DNA of 64,000 nt from an uncultured candidate division Zixibacteria bacterium (GCA_963801605.1 CAWDFP010000007.1:224001-288000), one strand, 5' to 3'; shown: positions 33,189-46,045, counted from the stretch's first letter. Made by a program: numbers and translations. The notes: generated from the letters alone by a model not told the origin.

Positions 33189-35117
33189 TTATCGAATAAT
33201 AATAAGTTTTCTCTTTGATTCAAGATCGCCGGATTTGAGACGCGCGAAATAGACTCCGCTTGCTGATGCCTGTAAATCATTGTTGCACCCGTCCCAAATA
33301 ATGGTATGACGGCCTGCTTGCTGCTGCTCATCCGCGAGAACCCTTAAGCCCTGTCCCATGATATTATATATTTCCAAAACCACATGAGCGGAAACCGGCA
33401 GCTCATAGGAAATCATTGTTTCGGCGTTAAAAGGATTAGGATAATTCTGTAAAGAAAGATAATCTTCCGGTATTACCGCATAATCCGAATCGATTTCATC
33501 CGGCCCGATTCTATTTCCGCCCGCTATTAAATAAATTTTCCCGCCAATTCCATTGAGCATTTGTTGACCTGCTATTATATCCGGGATGCTATCGCCATTG
33601 ACATCGGGAATTGGACGGATCGTCAGTATCCGGGAATCAGTAGGGGTTGACCAAATCGTCGCCCCGGTCGCGCCGTTTATCAAAATTATATTTCCGCTGA
33701 ATGAACCGGCAATCACCTCAGAGATACTATCACCGGTAACATCAGCCGTTGATCTTATTGCCCAAACATCATCTTCTGCGTTATTTCTCCACAGCTCGTG
33801 GCCATCGGCTCCTGATAAAGCCAGCGCATAATGGCCCCAGGACGCTATCAGTACATCCTCGCGGCCGTCACGATTAAGATCGGGGCACGCCAGCGCCCGG
33901 ACTATAGGCTCACCAACCGGAGCGATCCAAATGGAATGAGTAACCGAGCCACTATCGGGATGGCCCGATAAAGCTATAATTCTGTCTCCGGCGTTCAAAG
34001 TCCCCACGATAACGTCATTGAAACCATCGCCATCCAGATCGGAAATGCGATCCACTGATTGAACGGAAGCATTGGTATGATAGGTCCATAGAACCCTTCC
34101 GGAATCAAGAGGCGCCCCGGAAAGACAGAGGACTCTGTCATCGCCATCCCCCGTACCCAGAATAGCATCCGCAGTACTGTCTCCGTCCACATCATCAAGA
34201 CGGCAGACCGAATAGACCACATCGGAAGCGGTTTTCCTCCAAAGCCTGTTACCATCCGCCCCGTTGAGACAAAAAGCCATATTGGCGTCGGAACCCAAAC
34301 CAGCGAGAATTTCGGGAACGCCGTCATGATTAACATCTCCCATCGAAGCCACACTATAGATCCATCCGCTGGGGGTATGCACATAGGTACTGTACGACCA
34401 GATTGTCTGGCCGCTGCGACTCTCAATTCCGAAGACTGAACGTGATCCCCAGGCGGTACCCAGAACGATATCCTGCGAGCCATTGCCGTTGAGATCGCCA
34501 ACCGGAATCAAACATTGATCTCCGTAGCCGCCGGAATTGGATGGACCTCCGAGAGGTCTGGCGGACCAGATTAACTGCCCTCCGCCCTGCCCGGAACCTG
34601 AGATACACATAAGATTATTGCCAATAACGCCGTTGTTATACGATTCCGCAACTACATCGGGAAAGCCATCATCATTGACATCGCTTGTAGCGGTCACAGA
34701 GACAACATCTGCGATTCCCTGATAAGTCCAGATAATTTCTCCCGGTGTATATGCCCTAACTCCGGATGCCAACAGCGGTAATATAAAATTCGGCGTCACG
34801 AGATCATTCGATTCAATCGTGATAGCCCCGTTATGAACGCTCTCCTCTGAGGGTTTGAATACTATCAGAAAACTGTGACGTTCCCCCAAACGAATTGTAT
34901 CTGGAAGTTGCGGCGATGTCAGTACGAATTCGGAATCGGGCATACTTATTTGGGTAATCACTAATTCCCCATCACCGGCGTTAGCAATCCTCAGATCGCG
35001 CTGGTGGCTGCCCCCGGTTGAAACCATACCAAAACGCAGGGTATCAATGCTGATACCAATTATCGGTTGAGCTAAAGCGCTTGAGACGCTAAGAAGCAAG
35101 TAAATTATGATTTTCAT
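33189..35117 (-). CDS. Exported beta-propeller protein (PQQ-like/FG-GAP repeats) with N-terminal Ig-like domain and NYPNPFN sorting domain
   Basis: Repeats DVNxDGxxD...GxxGxxIW; IANAGDGELVI...ITIESND Ig module; C-terminal sorting domain. Confidence 0.85.
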   Translation of the reverse strand: MKIIIYLLLSVSSALAQPIIGISIDTLRFGMVSTGGSHQRDLRIANAGDGELVITQISMPDSEFVLTSPQLPDTIRLGERHSFLIVFKPSEESVHNGAITIESNDLVTPNFILPLLASGVRAYTPGEIIWTYQGIADVVSVTATSDVNDDGFPDVVAESYNNGVIGNNLMCISGSGQGGGQLIWSARPLGGPSNSGGYGDQCLIPVGDLNGNGSQDIVLGTAWGSRSVFGIESRSGQTIWSYSTYVHTPSGWIYSVASMGDVNHDGVPEILAGLGSDANMAFCLNGADGNRLWRKTASDVVYSVCRLDDVDGDSTADAILGTGDGDDRVLCLSGAPLDSGRVLWTYHTNASVQSVDRISDLDGDGFNDVIVGTLNAGDRIIALSGHPDSGSVTHSIWIAPVGEPIVRALACPDLNRDGREDVLIASWGHYALALSGADGHELWRNNAEDDVWAIRSTADVTGDSISEVIAGSFSGNIILINGATGATIWSTPTDSRILTIRPIPDVNGDSIPDIIAGQQMLNGIGGKIYLIAGGNRIGPDEIDSDYAVIPEDYLSLQNYPNPFNAETMISYELPVSAHVVLEIYNIMGQGLRVLADEQQQAGRHTIIWDGCNNDLQASASGVYFARLKSGDLESKRKLIIIR

Positions 35118-35137
35118 TTCCCGCCGCCGCCATAAAC

Positions 35138-35170
35138 AAAAACCGTCCCGGTTTCGACAGGACAGTTTTT
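35138..35170 (-). terminator. Intrinsic terminator
   Basis: Minus strand AAAAACTGTCCTG-TCGAAAC-CGGGACGGTTTTT. Confidence 0.6.
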
Positions 35171-35215
35171 ATTGCATTATTGTAACAATGTCTCTCCACC
35201 AGGTTTTTGGGGAGG

Positions 35216-37358
35216 TCACCTGAGTAGAATCATCTTATCCGTCAGGATCTTATCCCCTACCATCAAGCGGTAAAAATATACGCCGCTCTTTACTTCGTGT
35301 CCACTATAATCGCGGGCATTCCATATCAATCTTTGCGAGCTGCTGGCGCCTCTCAAATAATAATCCTGCACCAGCCTGCCGCCGATGTCAAAGATATCCA
35401 ACTGCCCGCTTTCACCGGGCGGAACGGTCAGCATTATTGCTGTTTCCATATTGAATGGATTAGGATAGTTATGTTCCAGACTCACAATTTGAGGCAAAGG
35501 GCTGCGATCACCAACACCCTGAGAGCTTAAATCCAATCGAAAAAATCTCAGACTTGAATAAGGTCCCCAAACAGTGCTATCGCCTCCCTTGACTCGCCAG
35601 TAAAAAAGAGAATCGTTTCCCGGCAACCTTGCGGAAAGCGACGTATCAGTCAAAGCGGAATCTATTCGAACTGCATGGTTTAAACTGGAATCGGAATAAA
35701 GCTCGAATAAATATTTGGAAACTAAAGCTTGATTGCGCCAGATAAACGCGGTCGTCGTATCGGTTATGATTGTATCCTGCGGAGGGTAAACAAGCTCGGG
35801 CGCTAGATGGACCCGGAATTAGTCCAAACGCCATTAGTGTAGAAAATGGCCCCCAGCCATAAGTGTTGCCGCCTCTGACTCTCCAGTAATAGTTCGGATT
35901 TGTCACCGGAAATACGGGCGCAACGCTTGAATCTGTAACCATGGTATCTACAAAAGCGATATTTTGGAGCGTTGAATCGGAATATATTTCAAATTGATAT
36001 CTGGTGGCATATACTGATTGATGCCAGCGGAAAATTGGCAGGCCATAGACGGTAGTATCATTTGGAGGATAATAAGGCATCGGAGCAGGCGGACGGGGAT
36101 TAATCGGAGGGAGTAATTTATCTATAACTGTGGGACCCCCGGTACTTCGTACCACAACGCTGGATACGGTTCGCGTTCGGTAGCCGGTTTTTATGAATTG
36201 CAAGGTAAATGTGCCCCCTTCGAGAATACGCCTATAGCGGCCGGTGTCCGGTCTGGAAAGACGAGGCCTGATATCGGCATTGGTTCTCTCCACAACTTTC
36301 ACTTCGGCTTCGATAGGTTCCAGCGTGACTGAATCTCTGATAACACCGGTAATCCCCGGCCCCAGCGCCCGGCTTAGCAGAAAATATTGTCCCGGCAGAT
36401 GATGAGCACAAATGCTGTCGACCAGAACCGGATTTTGAATGGTTGTATCCGAAATTTCTACTGAGAATGATGCTGTTCCAAAATTGGCGTAGAAATATGT
36501 CTTGAAATCACCTTTGTCGACCAATCCTCTCCTGGCTTCATAAGTGGAATCGCGGGCATCATTGAGAATCCGGCTGCAGAATTGACGGCAAATGGTATTC
36601 ATCAGGGCTTCATCCGGAGACATACCGTTTCCTGCCGGCGGATACCAGTACCAATTATAGTATGCTTTTTCCGCCCGTCCATAGGTTGGCGAATGGTAAT
36701 CGAGCGCCACCAGCGGACGGTAATGCCAGGCAAAATCCCTCATGGCGATATTTTCATTTTGACTAAATGGAGCCGTTCCTTTGTACTGCAGGGATTCAGG
36801 GACAATGGCGTCGGGAGCGCTATCGAGTGTCCACCCGAAATCGTAGTTGCGATTATTGTCGACACCGTCGTGAAAATTGAAAATACCGTCGTGGTTGTTG
36901 TCGTATTTATTCTTACGCCAGTCCGTATCGCCATTTTCAACAACAATATGTCCTTCAGGATTGATAAATGGCACACAGAATATCGCCAGGTTATTGATAT
37001 AATTTAATGCCACCGTATCGCCGCTGGCATATCGCGACATTATGTTCTGAATGAATGACATTACGACTTCAACGCCTAACACTTCGTCGGCATGCACTCC
37101 GCCGCAGTAAAATACCGCCGGTTCATCTTCATCGACATTGACGTTATCCGAAATCTTGAAACGCAAAATTGGTATTGAATCGCGTGACGAATAGCCCATC
37201 GTATCCAGGCGGCAAACTTCGGGATAAGTGTTTTGCAGATTACTCAATAACTGCAGCGCCTGGCTATAACGAGTATATCTTTCAGGAAGCTGCGCTTGAG
37301 CGATCCCTATCGCTATGAACAAAATTAATGATACTAAAACCAACCTTCGTAAATGCAT
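35216..37358 (-). CDS. Exported M14 zinc carboxypeptidase with FN3-like repeats and NYPNPFN sorting domain; +1 frameshift near 35805
   Basis: GGVHADE, WRKN, GVDNNRNY, LDYHS; the corrected frame (APELVYPPQDT...FIWRNQ) continues into ORF 35216..35653. Confidence 0.87.
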
Positions 37359-37409
37359 TACTCCTTCTCCTGCTGATAGTTCGCTTATCAAGGCGAATTA
37401 TTCCCATCG

Positions 37410-40400
37410 TTACTTTAGTAGCGTCATTCTCCTCGAAACTACCTTATCTCCCATCGTGAGTCGATAGAAATAAACACCCGAGGCCGAATTTTCGGCATTC
37501 CAGATCACACTATGTGATCCGGCTCCGAAATCGTCGTCGGCCAGGGTCTGTATTTTCTGTCCTAAGACGTTAAATATATCGATTGTCACATGTTCATTTT
37601 GCGGCAAATCAAACTTTATGGCCGTAGAGGCATTAAACGGGTTTGGATAATTTTGTGATAGAGAAAATTCATCAGGCCTGACCGGATCATCGGCGGCAGT
37701 CGAATATAATGAACCGGTCGTAAACTTAATCGCCCGTCCAGCAACTACCGGCGCTGCACCCGGATCGTAACGGCCGTTAAATGAATATCCGATACCATCC
37801 CGCCTGTCCGGCGAACAGATTCCCGCTGACATGGTATTTACGGCTTGAGCTATATTATATTGAATAATAATATCGTTATCGTTGGTTAGTGTTGGCCAGT
37901 TAGTCTCATTTAGAATTATTATCTCAAAAGTTTGTTGACGCGAATTATCTCCATCGTAGGCGTTACGCCAGCCGATAATAAAACTGGCGGTGGTAGTATC
38001 GTAATGATAATAAACGTGCAACGGAACCTGCGTAAAATCGTCCCAGAACGGCGCAACCATTGCTTCGGGATCTTGCGGCGCCGGTATGGGAGCGTTGTAG
38101 AAATTAGCAAACCAGGTCCTGCCGAATGTAATGAAACCGTTGTCACAAATGGTAATGCTATCATAAACCTGACCGTAATATTGGACTTGAAACGGCAAAC
38201 CAATAGTGGCGACTTCGTCGTCACCCAGCGTAACGCTTGGCCAGGCGGTACTGATATCTATCCAGTTGTACGTTGGACGGTCCACATAGCCTGAGTCGGT
38301 ATTATCGAAACAGTAATATCCGTAATTATCGGGTCCGATTGGATCATGGGTGGCAATCGTGCCCACTGTCTTGCTGAAAGATGTGCCGACGATCTGCGGC
38401 CCCTGGCCCTCGAATTGTACCGCGAAATTAAGATGATGACCCACATAAACGCTGTTGTCTACATCGATCATAAAGGGATGAGCGCTATTGCTGCTGGTAT
38501 CACCTGGCATTATTGAGTTTAATGTAACCAGCGAATCAAATATCACAACATGGCTATCTCCGGAACGAAGTACCGCTATCGGATTGATCAGGGGCCTGTT
38601 TCCGACATTTCTGGCATGAACCACCAGCCCAACCATTTCGCCGGGATCGATCTGCCCATTATCATAATCGAGCACTACCGAAACCGAATCGAATGAGATT
38701 TGGGCGGCCTCGATGGGAATTCTGACGATACCCTGCCAGCTATGTCCGGATGAATCGGAGATATCGAACATAAAAGGCACCACCGCCCCATTTGGGATAG
38801 CGGCGCCAATATTTACTATAAACGGTCTGTCGGGGGAACCGGACGACGCTGGAGCTATCGATGCATAATATGCGGTATCCCGTCCCACGGTAATTCCCGG
38901 CATCGGCGATGATATCCTGGCTTTAACGGCAAAAGCGGTATCGCTAAAACCATAATTAGCCAGGGTTAGTCCCAGCTCAATCCGTTCGGACGGATTCATG
39001 ATACCATTGCCGTCACCCAAAGATTCCCCGCTGGAATCGTCGTCAATAGTATATGATTGGCAGCCAACTGCCAACGGACTGGAAACAATGTTAATTGAAT
39101 CTTCAAAAGGAATAAAGCCTCTGTTTGTAACTGTTACTCTCATCTCCCCCGTTGTCGCTGGTTGGATCAAGAATGAATAATTGCCCTCGACACCCGTGTT
39201 GCCGACTGCAAAAATCTCGTTCTGTTTCCACAGACAAACAACGGCCCCTTCAAGCGGATCGCCATGCGTATTTTCCACGAGAACATCAACCCGGTTTTGG
39301 CCAAAGGGAATGGAATCGGCTACAGTCACTACCTGTGCCAAAGGTACGCCGGTCCAGCAATTAACTTCCGGATCACCAAGATCGTTGTAGCTGTTAAAAT
39401 AAAGCTCGACCTCGCCATTGGCGCCTCGATCGCCGGGAAACGCATTGTAAAGCGTCATCTTGCCCATCAACTCGGATTGAGCCAGCGTAGTCACATTTTG
39501 GACGAATAAACCCCAATAGATACCTACATCGATAGCGTTAGTCCAACGCGTATGGGCGTCATGATTGCTGTTTCCGATAAATCCAGGGCCGCCCTTGTTA
39601 TTGGCGCGAATCCAGGTTTCGCCGAAACAAACATCTACGCCGGTATCGGTGTCGTTAAAATCGCCCGTGCCGCAGACCACTGATGTCATAATGGAAAATC
39701 TTTGCGTCGTGGCCAATTGCATTATATTTGACGATGTGTAAGTGGGTGGCACCCAGCCATCCGCGGTGCCATAACCGCGATAATTTACATAGCTCACGCC
39801 ATTATTAATAGAGGCGTTAATCTCTTCAGGGGTAACCTCTCCGGAATAGCTGGAAAAAAACGTATCAACCTCTGTATAGCCGTGCTCCATCATCGTCTCG
39901 CGACACCAGAGCTTGGTCATTCGAGGACTGAGAAATGAATAGCCATCGCTGCCTGCCACCATGGTACCCCTCAAATACCAATCGGTATCGGTCATGTATG
40001 GCGTGCGCTCATATTTAAATAGTTTATTTAAATAGGCGGTAAATTCGCTGGCATAATCAATTGATATTCTTCCTATCAGAACATCGGGGAAATAGTCGTT
40101 GCCGTAAAGAAATGTGAAAAAATTATCGGAGTCAATACTTCCAAAACCGAATGGATTCGAATAAGCCTTGGTAGCGATTCCATAAGCGTTAGGCATGACA
40201 ACATCGCCGATAATTACGATATAATCCGGTTTGATCTGAGCTCTATCGAAACGATTGCGAATCGAATCCCTCATCGGAGTGTAGCTATTCGTTCCCAGCT
40301 CCCTCTTGGAGATAGTCACTACGTCAAATCCCTTGGCCTTTTTCCAATCTACCAGCGGCTGAATATTGGTTCTAAACGTATCGGGGTATATGATCCAGTA

Positions 40401-41076
40401 AGCGCCACGGGTTGCTCTGATCGGATCGAATACCATTGGGTTATCAACCAGTGCACGGTAAACCGGCAAGAACGCTTCCGACAAACTGGTTTTCGAAATT
40501 GGTTATCTGCGTACCGGGATGGCTGACCTCTATCTCTAATTCATTGCAAACCCTAAGCTGATGATTTTGAGGATCATATTGTACGGGCGAAATAGTAATC
40601 GCATAAAGCCTGAGGTCGCGCATCACTCCCGCAACTTCGCCCCGTACCAGATCAGGCTGGGCATTAAGTTCGATATTGCCCTTTTGAGGCGCTAAGGCAT
40701 CGAGTTCCTCCTGGTCGGCAGCTGCCAGGTTGATGTTATCGAGCGTGGAGAAATTCGATGACATCACTCTGATCGCGGGATCGGAGTCAAAAGGGATGGC
40801 AATCAGACGGGTAATCGTGGGAAGCACTGATGACTGGCTCCCAAGAAACGATCCCCGCGATTGGCTGAACTCTTTCGGAAGCGATATCTCGATCTGGCCG
40901 TCCGAACCAGCATTTTCATAATCGAGTTTCCCGATTTTCAGATCGATTACCGTGAGACCGGGCATTTGAACAGTCGCGGTTACTTGCGATACACCATCAT
41001 TAAGCGTAAATGAATTATTCTCCGCACCAAATACCATTACAGGAAGAAAAAAGAGGATTAGCAGCTGCCTAAACAT
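37410..41076 (-). CDS. Exported C25 (gingipain-family) peptidase-like protein with propeptide, NIDO-like module and NYPNPFN sorting domain; +1 frameshift near 40484
   Basis: Propeptide ORF 40444..41076 plus catalytic ORF 37410..40484 (LVDWKKAKG, IIGD, IGRIS, VNYRGYG, VVCGTGDF, YNDLGDPE). Confidence 0.88.
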
Positions 41077-41371
41077 AAAAACCTCCGAAAGGTTATGTCA
41101 TAGGGATAGAATCACCGGCTATCCCGCTAAAAAATCCATTCGATTAACAGATTTACGTTCCCTGGCGTTCCCAAAGTTAGGTTTCCATAAAATTCGCATT
41201 ATAATAATATAATGGCTTTGTTGGCGATAAGGGTAACTTTTTCCATTAAATGATAAATTCTCATTGAAAGTAATTATCATGGATACTTATTGTTATGTTA
41301 ATTCGTTTTAATCAGTTTTATGCTATAATACTTTGCATAGCTGACGGTCATATATTGGGCGCGGTATCCAA

Positions 41372-41402
41372 TAAAAATGGGGATTCAGTAACGAATCCCC
41401 AT
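41372..41402 (-). terminator. Intrinsic terminator after the 5'-nucleotidase
   Basis: ATGGGGATTC/GAATCCCCAT stem with a T-run on the minus strand. Confidence 0.75.
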
Positions 41403-41456
41403 CATTTTATCCGATAAGGCAAAACTGCCTGATTTTATCCTGATTACTCCGAAAAT

Positions 41457-42989
41457 CTAAGGCAGTTTCTTCATTCGCCCGTCGATTTTACTCGCGATCG
41501 TCCCGCCTGCGTTCTGGACCGCTTCGAGAATAAGCTGGGTCAGCCCCAGCTCAGTATCCTTTATATCGGAGACCTCAAATCCGAAATACTTATCCGAATT
41601 GGCTTTAGCCACATAGTCGATAGATGTGGCGCTATAGACCTTATTGGAATCGATTGCAACTCCATTAACTGTTACAGAAACTAACTTCGGTTTACCGGCC
41701 TCATCCTGCCAGCTATAAGATAGTCCGCCTATTTGAAGTGAACCCTGGTAACTGTCTCTTTCCAATCCGATATTGATCTCAGCAATCTTAATCAACTGCC
41801 GCCCGGTGAGAGCGAATGTCACGATTTTATTTTCAAACGGCAGGATTTCATATATATCCATTTTCCTTACGGGTCCGGCATCCAAATTCTTCCTGATTCC
41901 ACCGGAGTTGAGGAAAGCAACGTCGGTTTTCATCCGGTTTTTCATGGCGTCGGCGAACCAGTCTCCAATATTCGATTCAGCGCGATACTGGGTCTCCCAC
42001 TTTTCCTGAAGCTGGGCGATTACTACGGCATATTCATTGTCGATCACTGTTTTGAAGCTGTCCACCAATGCGGCTATTTTGGGATCGGCTGTGATTCCGT
42101 TAACATACATCGGGATTAATTTGCCGTTATAGGCCATAACCGTATCCCCGGCGACCGTCAGATCAACTCGTCCCAGGTTTCTGCAATTGGAACCGGTCTG
42201 CGCGATCAGGACTCCGTTGACCCTCTCGAGCGTATCCAAACGGGTGTGGCTATGCCCCCCCACAATTAGATCAATTTTATTTCCGATCGTTTGGGCCATG
42301 GCGCGATCGCGTTCTATCCCCAGATGAGAAAGCACAATTATAAGATCGGTGGCCGAATCGATCTCGGCGACATACCTGGCTACTGCCGGGATTGGATCTA
42401 TCGATACAAAACCATCTAACTTATCTGGACTGGCCATGCCAACCATCTCGTGGTAGGTAAGACCGATAACTCCCACTCGTAAACCGTCGATTTGATAAAT
42501 ATGATATGGTTCTTTTGCAAATAATAACGGAGCGCCGTTATCGACCATCTTTATGAAATTTGCGCAATAAACCGGAAATTGAGCCATCTTTATCAGGTTG
42601 CGAAGATTATCCGCTCCTTTATCGAAATCATGATTTCCAAAGACCCAACCCTGATAGCCGATCGTATTCATCATATCGATTAAAGCGCCGCCATAGGCCC
42701 CATCATATTTAATATCACATATAAGGGTGCCGGTCATAAGGTCGCCGGCATCCAGAAGAAGGCTTCGCTCTGATTTGCCTCTCTCCTGTTTGACATAATA
42801 ATCAAGCGCTGTAAAGCCCCCGATCATCGGCTTTTCTTTTTCCCAGGTCGCCACGGATGGCAGATAACTGCCATGCATATCATTGGTATGAAGTATGGTA
42901 ATTTTAGTCGGGTTTTGCTGGCTTAAGCATGAACCCCCGATCAAGAGCATAACGATAAATGCGCTAAGCAAGATTACATTTTTTTTCAT
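41457..42989 (-). CDS. Exported 5'-nucleotidase/UDP-sugar hydrolase family metallophosphoesterase
   Basis: ILHTNDMHG, DAGD, GNHDFD, LSHLG, GGHSH, NSGGIR, LPFEN. Confidence 0.93.
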   Translation of the reverse strand: MKKNVILLSAFIVMLLIGGSCLSQQNPTKITILHTNDMHGSYLPSVATWEKEKPMIGGFTALDYYVKQERGKSERSLLLDAGDLMTGTLICDIKYDGAYGGALIDMMNTIGYQGWVFGNHDFDKGADNLRNLIKMAQFPVYCANFIKMVDNGAPLLFAKEPYHIYQIDGLRVGVIGLTYHEMVGMASPDKLDGFVSIDPIPAVARYVAEIDSATDLIIVLSHLGIERDRAMAQTIGNKIDLIVGGHSHTRLDTLERVNGVLIAQTGSNCRNLGRVDLTVAGDTVMAYNGKLIPMYVNGITADPKIAALVDSFKTVIDNEYAVVIAQLQEKWETQYRAESNIGDWFADAMKNRMKTDVAFLNSGGIRKNLDAGPVRKMDIYEILPFENKIVTFALTGRQLIKIAEINIGLERDSYQGSLQIGGLSYSWQDEAGKPKLVSVTVNGVAIDSNKVYSATSIDYVAKANSDKYFGFEVSDIKDTELGLTQLILEAVQNAGGTIASKIDGRMKKLP

Positions 42990-43105
42990 TTCAATCGCCT
43001 CTATTTTTCGAAAATTAGCATTCAAAAAGCAAACAAGCCCCGTCTGTTATAATTCTTCACGAAATACTACATAATTGGTGGCCGATTGTCCAGATGATAA
43101 AAAGT

Positions 43106-43131
43106 AAAGGGCGCGCCGTCGCACGCCCTTT
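43106..43131 (-). terminator. Intrinsic terminator after the malic enzyme
   Basis: AAAGGGCG...CGCCCTTT stem followed by ACTTTTT on the minus strand. Confidence 0.7.
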
Positions 43132-43185
43132 AAGAATCTGTACTTTGGCTGGCAGACGCCCTCATCTGCCGCCTAAACGTTTATA

Positions 43186-44538
43186 TCAGTCGCCGGTCGT
43201 CATATAGCGATGCGGAATTTCGATAAAGCCGGTATCCATCATGGTACGGGTCAGACCGCGGGCGCGGGATATCCGCTCAGCGGCGCTCTTGAAAAGCTCT
43301 TCCTTGGATAGTATCTTCCTGGCTATTCCCTGTTCAATCGCCTTAAGTCCGACAGCCACTGCCTCGCGCGGGAATACTTGCCAATCATCCATAGTTGGCA
43401 GAATATGAGTTTCGGACAAACCATCATCGACCGCCAATTGCGCCAGGGCATACGCCGCGGCGATACACATTTCATCCGTGATCGTCTTGGCTTGAACGTC
43501 GAGCGTACCGCGGAAAATACCCGGGAAACCGAGCGAATTGTTTACCTGATTGGGGAAATCGGAACGGCCCGTCGCTACTACGCGGGCGCCGGCCTCTTTA
43601 GCCTCCCATGGCCATATTTCCGGCGTAGGATTGGCGCAGACAAAAACGATGGCGTTCTTCGCCATGGTCGCGACCCATTCCTTCTTGATGATACCCGGTC
43701 CGGGAGTCGAAAGCGCGATGACGGCATCGGCATCCTTCATCGCTTCGGGAACGCCACCTTTGACCTGATGCTCATTGGTGATCTCGCACATTTCCCATTT
43801 CTCTTTGTATTCTTTCTGGAGTTCGGTTCTATCGTGATTTAAGGTGCCTTTGGAATCGGTCATGATGATATTCTTGGGAATGACTCCGGCCGCAATGAGC
43901 AGCTTGGCAATTCGGTAGTTCGAGGCGCCGGCCCCGACCATGGCGACTTTGACCTTATCAATCTTCTTATCAACAACTCGCAGAGCATTGATGAAGCCCG
44001 CCACGGTTACGGTCGCAGTCCCCTGCTGGTCATCATGCCAGACCGGGATACGAGCTTTCTTGCGAAGCTCATCCAGGATGCGGAAACATTTGGGCTGGGC
44101 AATATCCTCAAGATTGATGCCGCCGAATGCCGGTTGCAGCAACAGCACTGTTTCGATGATCTTGTCGGGGTCCTTGGTATCGAGCGCAATCGGGAATACA
44201 TCGATGCCGCCGAGGTATTTGAAAAGCAGCGCCTTGCCTTCCATAACAGGCAGGCTGGCTTCGGGACCAATATCGCCCAATCCGAGAACGCGGGTGCCAT
44301 CGGTAATTACGGCAATGAGGTTACCTTTGTTGGTATGTTCCCAGACGGTTTCCGGGTTTTTGTTGATATCGAGACAGGGCTTGGCAACACCGGGAGTGTA
44401 CCAGATGGCAAAATCCTGGAAGTCGCGGATACAGCATTTGGGCACAACCTCGATTTTCCCCTTGTAGAAGGGATGAAGTTTCATGGCTTCGACGCCGGGT
44501 TGATCGGCTTTGGCTAACATTTGATCTTTTTTGTCCAT
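43186..44538 (-). CDS. NAD(P)-dependent malic enzyme (small type, no PTA domain)
   Basis: YTPGVA, DGTRVLGLGDIG, PVMEGK, INLEDI, HDDQQGT, FPNQVNN. Confidence 0.95.
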   Translation of the reverse strand: MDKKDQMLAKADQPGVEAMKLHPFYKGKIEVVPKCCIRDFQDFAIWYTPGVAKPCLDINKNPETVWEHTNKGNLIAVITDGTRVLGLGDIGPEASLPVMEGKALLFKYLGGIDVFPIALDTKDPDKIIETVLLLQPAFGGINLEDIAQPKCFRILDELRKKARIPVWHDDQQGTATVTVAGFINALRVVDKKIDKVKVAMVGAGASNYRIAKLLIAAGVIPKNIIMTDSKGTLNHDRTELQKEYKEKWEMCEITNEHQVKGGVPEAMKDADAVIALSTPGPGIIKKEWVATMAKNAIVFVCANPTPEIWPWEAKEAGARVVATGRSDFPNQVNNSLGFPGIFRGTLDVQAKTITDEMCIAAAYALAQLAVDDGLSETHILPTMDDWQVFPREAVAVGLKAIEQGIARKILSKEELFKSAAERISRARGLTRTMMDTGFIEIPHRYMTTGD

Positions 44539-44964
44539 CTATCCTACCTCTCTCAAGATATGAATAACTTTTCAAAGCACCAAATAGCACACACAAGGCT
44601 TGAATAATACATCAGGAAAACCGGGAAAGCAATGCAAATATGGAGGATTGAGGCACGAGGGCCAATGCCGGATTTTGAGGGAATTATAAAGTTTGCTGAA
44701 AATCTTTAAAGTCAAATTACTTGATTAGATGCTCTGGCGTTTCGAAATATTTAAAAACTTGGCGCACTTATAAGATGTCGGATCATCTGCCCATGTGGAA
44801 TGAGTTAAAAATTGATTTCAGCAAGGATTATCTGAAAAACAAAATTTAATTAGGGAGATAAATCATCTTTAAATATTCCCTTCCCTTGATGGCACTTTAT
44901 CCTTATTTTGCTGGTTAAATATTTATCAGGTATTAACGGGAAAATATTTAAAATGGCAGGCGAA

Positions 44965-45975
44965 ATGAATCTACGATTCTTAGGCAACAGTGGTGTCAAG
45001 GTTTCCGAACTTTGTTTCGGCACCATGACTTTCGGTGGACAAGGAACCTGGGAAACGATCGGTAAAGTCGATCAAACAGGAGCCGACATGCTGGTTGGTT
45101 TATGCCTTGATGGTGGCATTAACTTTTTCGATACTGCGGATGTTTACTCACAGGGAAAGGCCGAGGAATTGCTTGGCAAAGCTCTCGGCAGTAGACGCAA
45201 GGACATTATTCTCGCTACCAAAGTGCGCGGCAGAATGGGTCCTGGCCCGAACGATGTCGGCCTGTCGCGGCATCATATTATCGAGGCTTGTAATGCCAGT
45301 CTGCGACGCCTGGGAACTGATTATATCGACCTTTACCAGGTTCATAGCTTTGACCCCGTCACGCCTCTCGAGGAAACACTCGATGCCCTTAACGACCTGG
45401 TACATCAGGGAAAAGTACGTTATATCGGAGTCTCCAATTATACCGGCTGGCAGTTAATGAAAGCTCTTTCGATTTCGGATAATAATGCCTGGGCGCGCTT
45501 CATTACCCTGCAAGCTTACTACTCTCTCGTCTGCCGCGACCTGGAGCTGGAACTCGTGCCATTAACTCAGGATCAACGCCTCGGCATCCTCCCCTGGAGC
45601 CCGTTGGCCGGCGGATTTCTTACCGGCAAATATAGACGAGGCCAGAAGCCTCCGGAGGGCGCCAGAAGAAGCACATCGGAAAACGTATTCTTGAAATTTG
45701 ACGAGAACAAGGGATACGCCATAATTGACGAGCTTGAAAAGATCGCCCAGGCCCATAATACATCGATAACTCAGGCATCGCTAAATTATCTTCTCCGCAA
45801 GCCGGGAGTCAGTTCTGTGATTATCGGGGCGAGAAATATCGAACAATTAGCCGACAATCTTAAAACCGTAGATTGGGAGATGACATCCGAAGAAGTTGCC
45901 CGTTTGGATGAACTCAGCGCGCCCCCCAGAATATATCCATATTGGTTTTTAACAGCCAACCGTCAAACCAGGTAG
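44965..45975 (+). CDS. Aldo/keto reductase
   Basis: GTMTFG, FDTADVY, ATK, DYIDLYQVH, GKVRYIGVSN, PWSPLAGG; start codon uncertain. Confidence 0.93.
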   Translation: MNLRFLGNSGVKVSELCFGTMTFGGQGTWETIGKVDQTGADMLVGLCLDGGINFFDTADVYSQGKAEELLGKALGSRRKDIILATKVRGRMGPGPNDVGLSRHHIIEACNASLRRLGTDYIDLYQVHSFDPVTPLEETLDALNDLVHQGKVRYIGVSNYTGWQLMKALSISDNNAWARFITLQAYYSLVCRDLELELVPLTQDQRLGILPWSPLAGGFLTGKYRRGQKPPEGARRSTSENVFLKFDENKGYAIIDELEKIAQAHNTSITQASLNYLLRKPGVSSVIIGARNIEQLADNLKTVDWEMTSEEVARLDELSAPPRIYPYWFLTANRQTR

Positions 45976-46045
45976 CGAACGTTTGACCTTATGAAAAATT
46001 AAGCGCGTTTAGAACCGATATATCTTTCTACTATTTTGACTGTTC

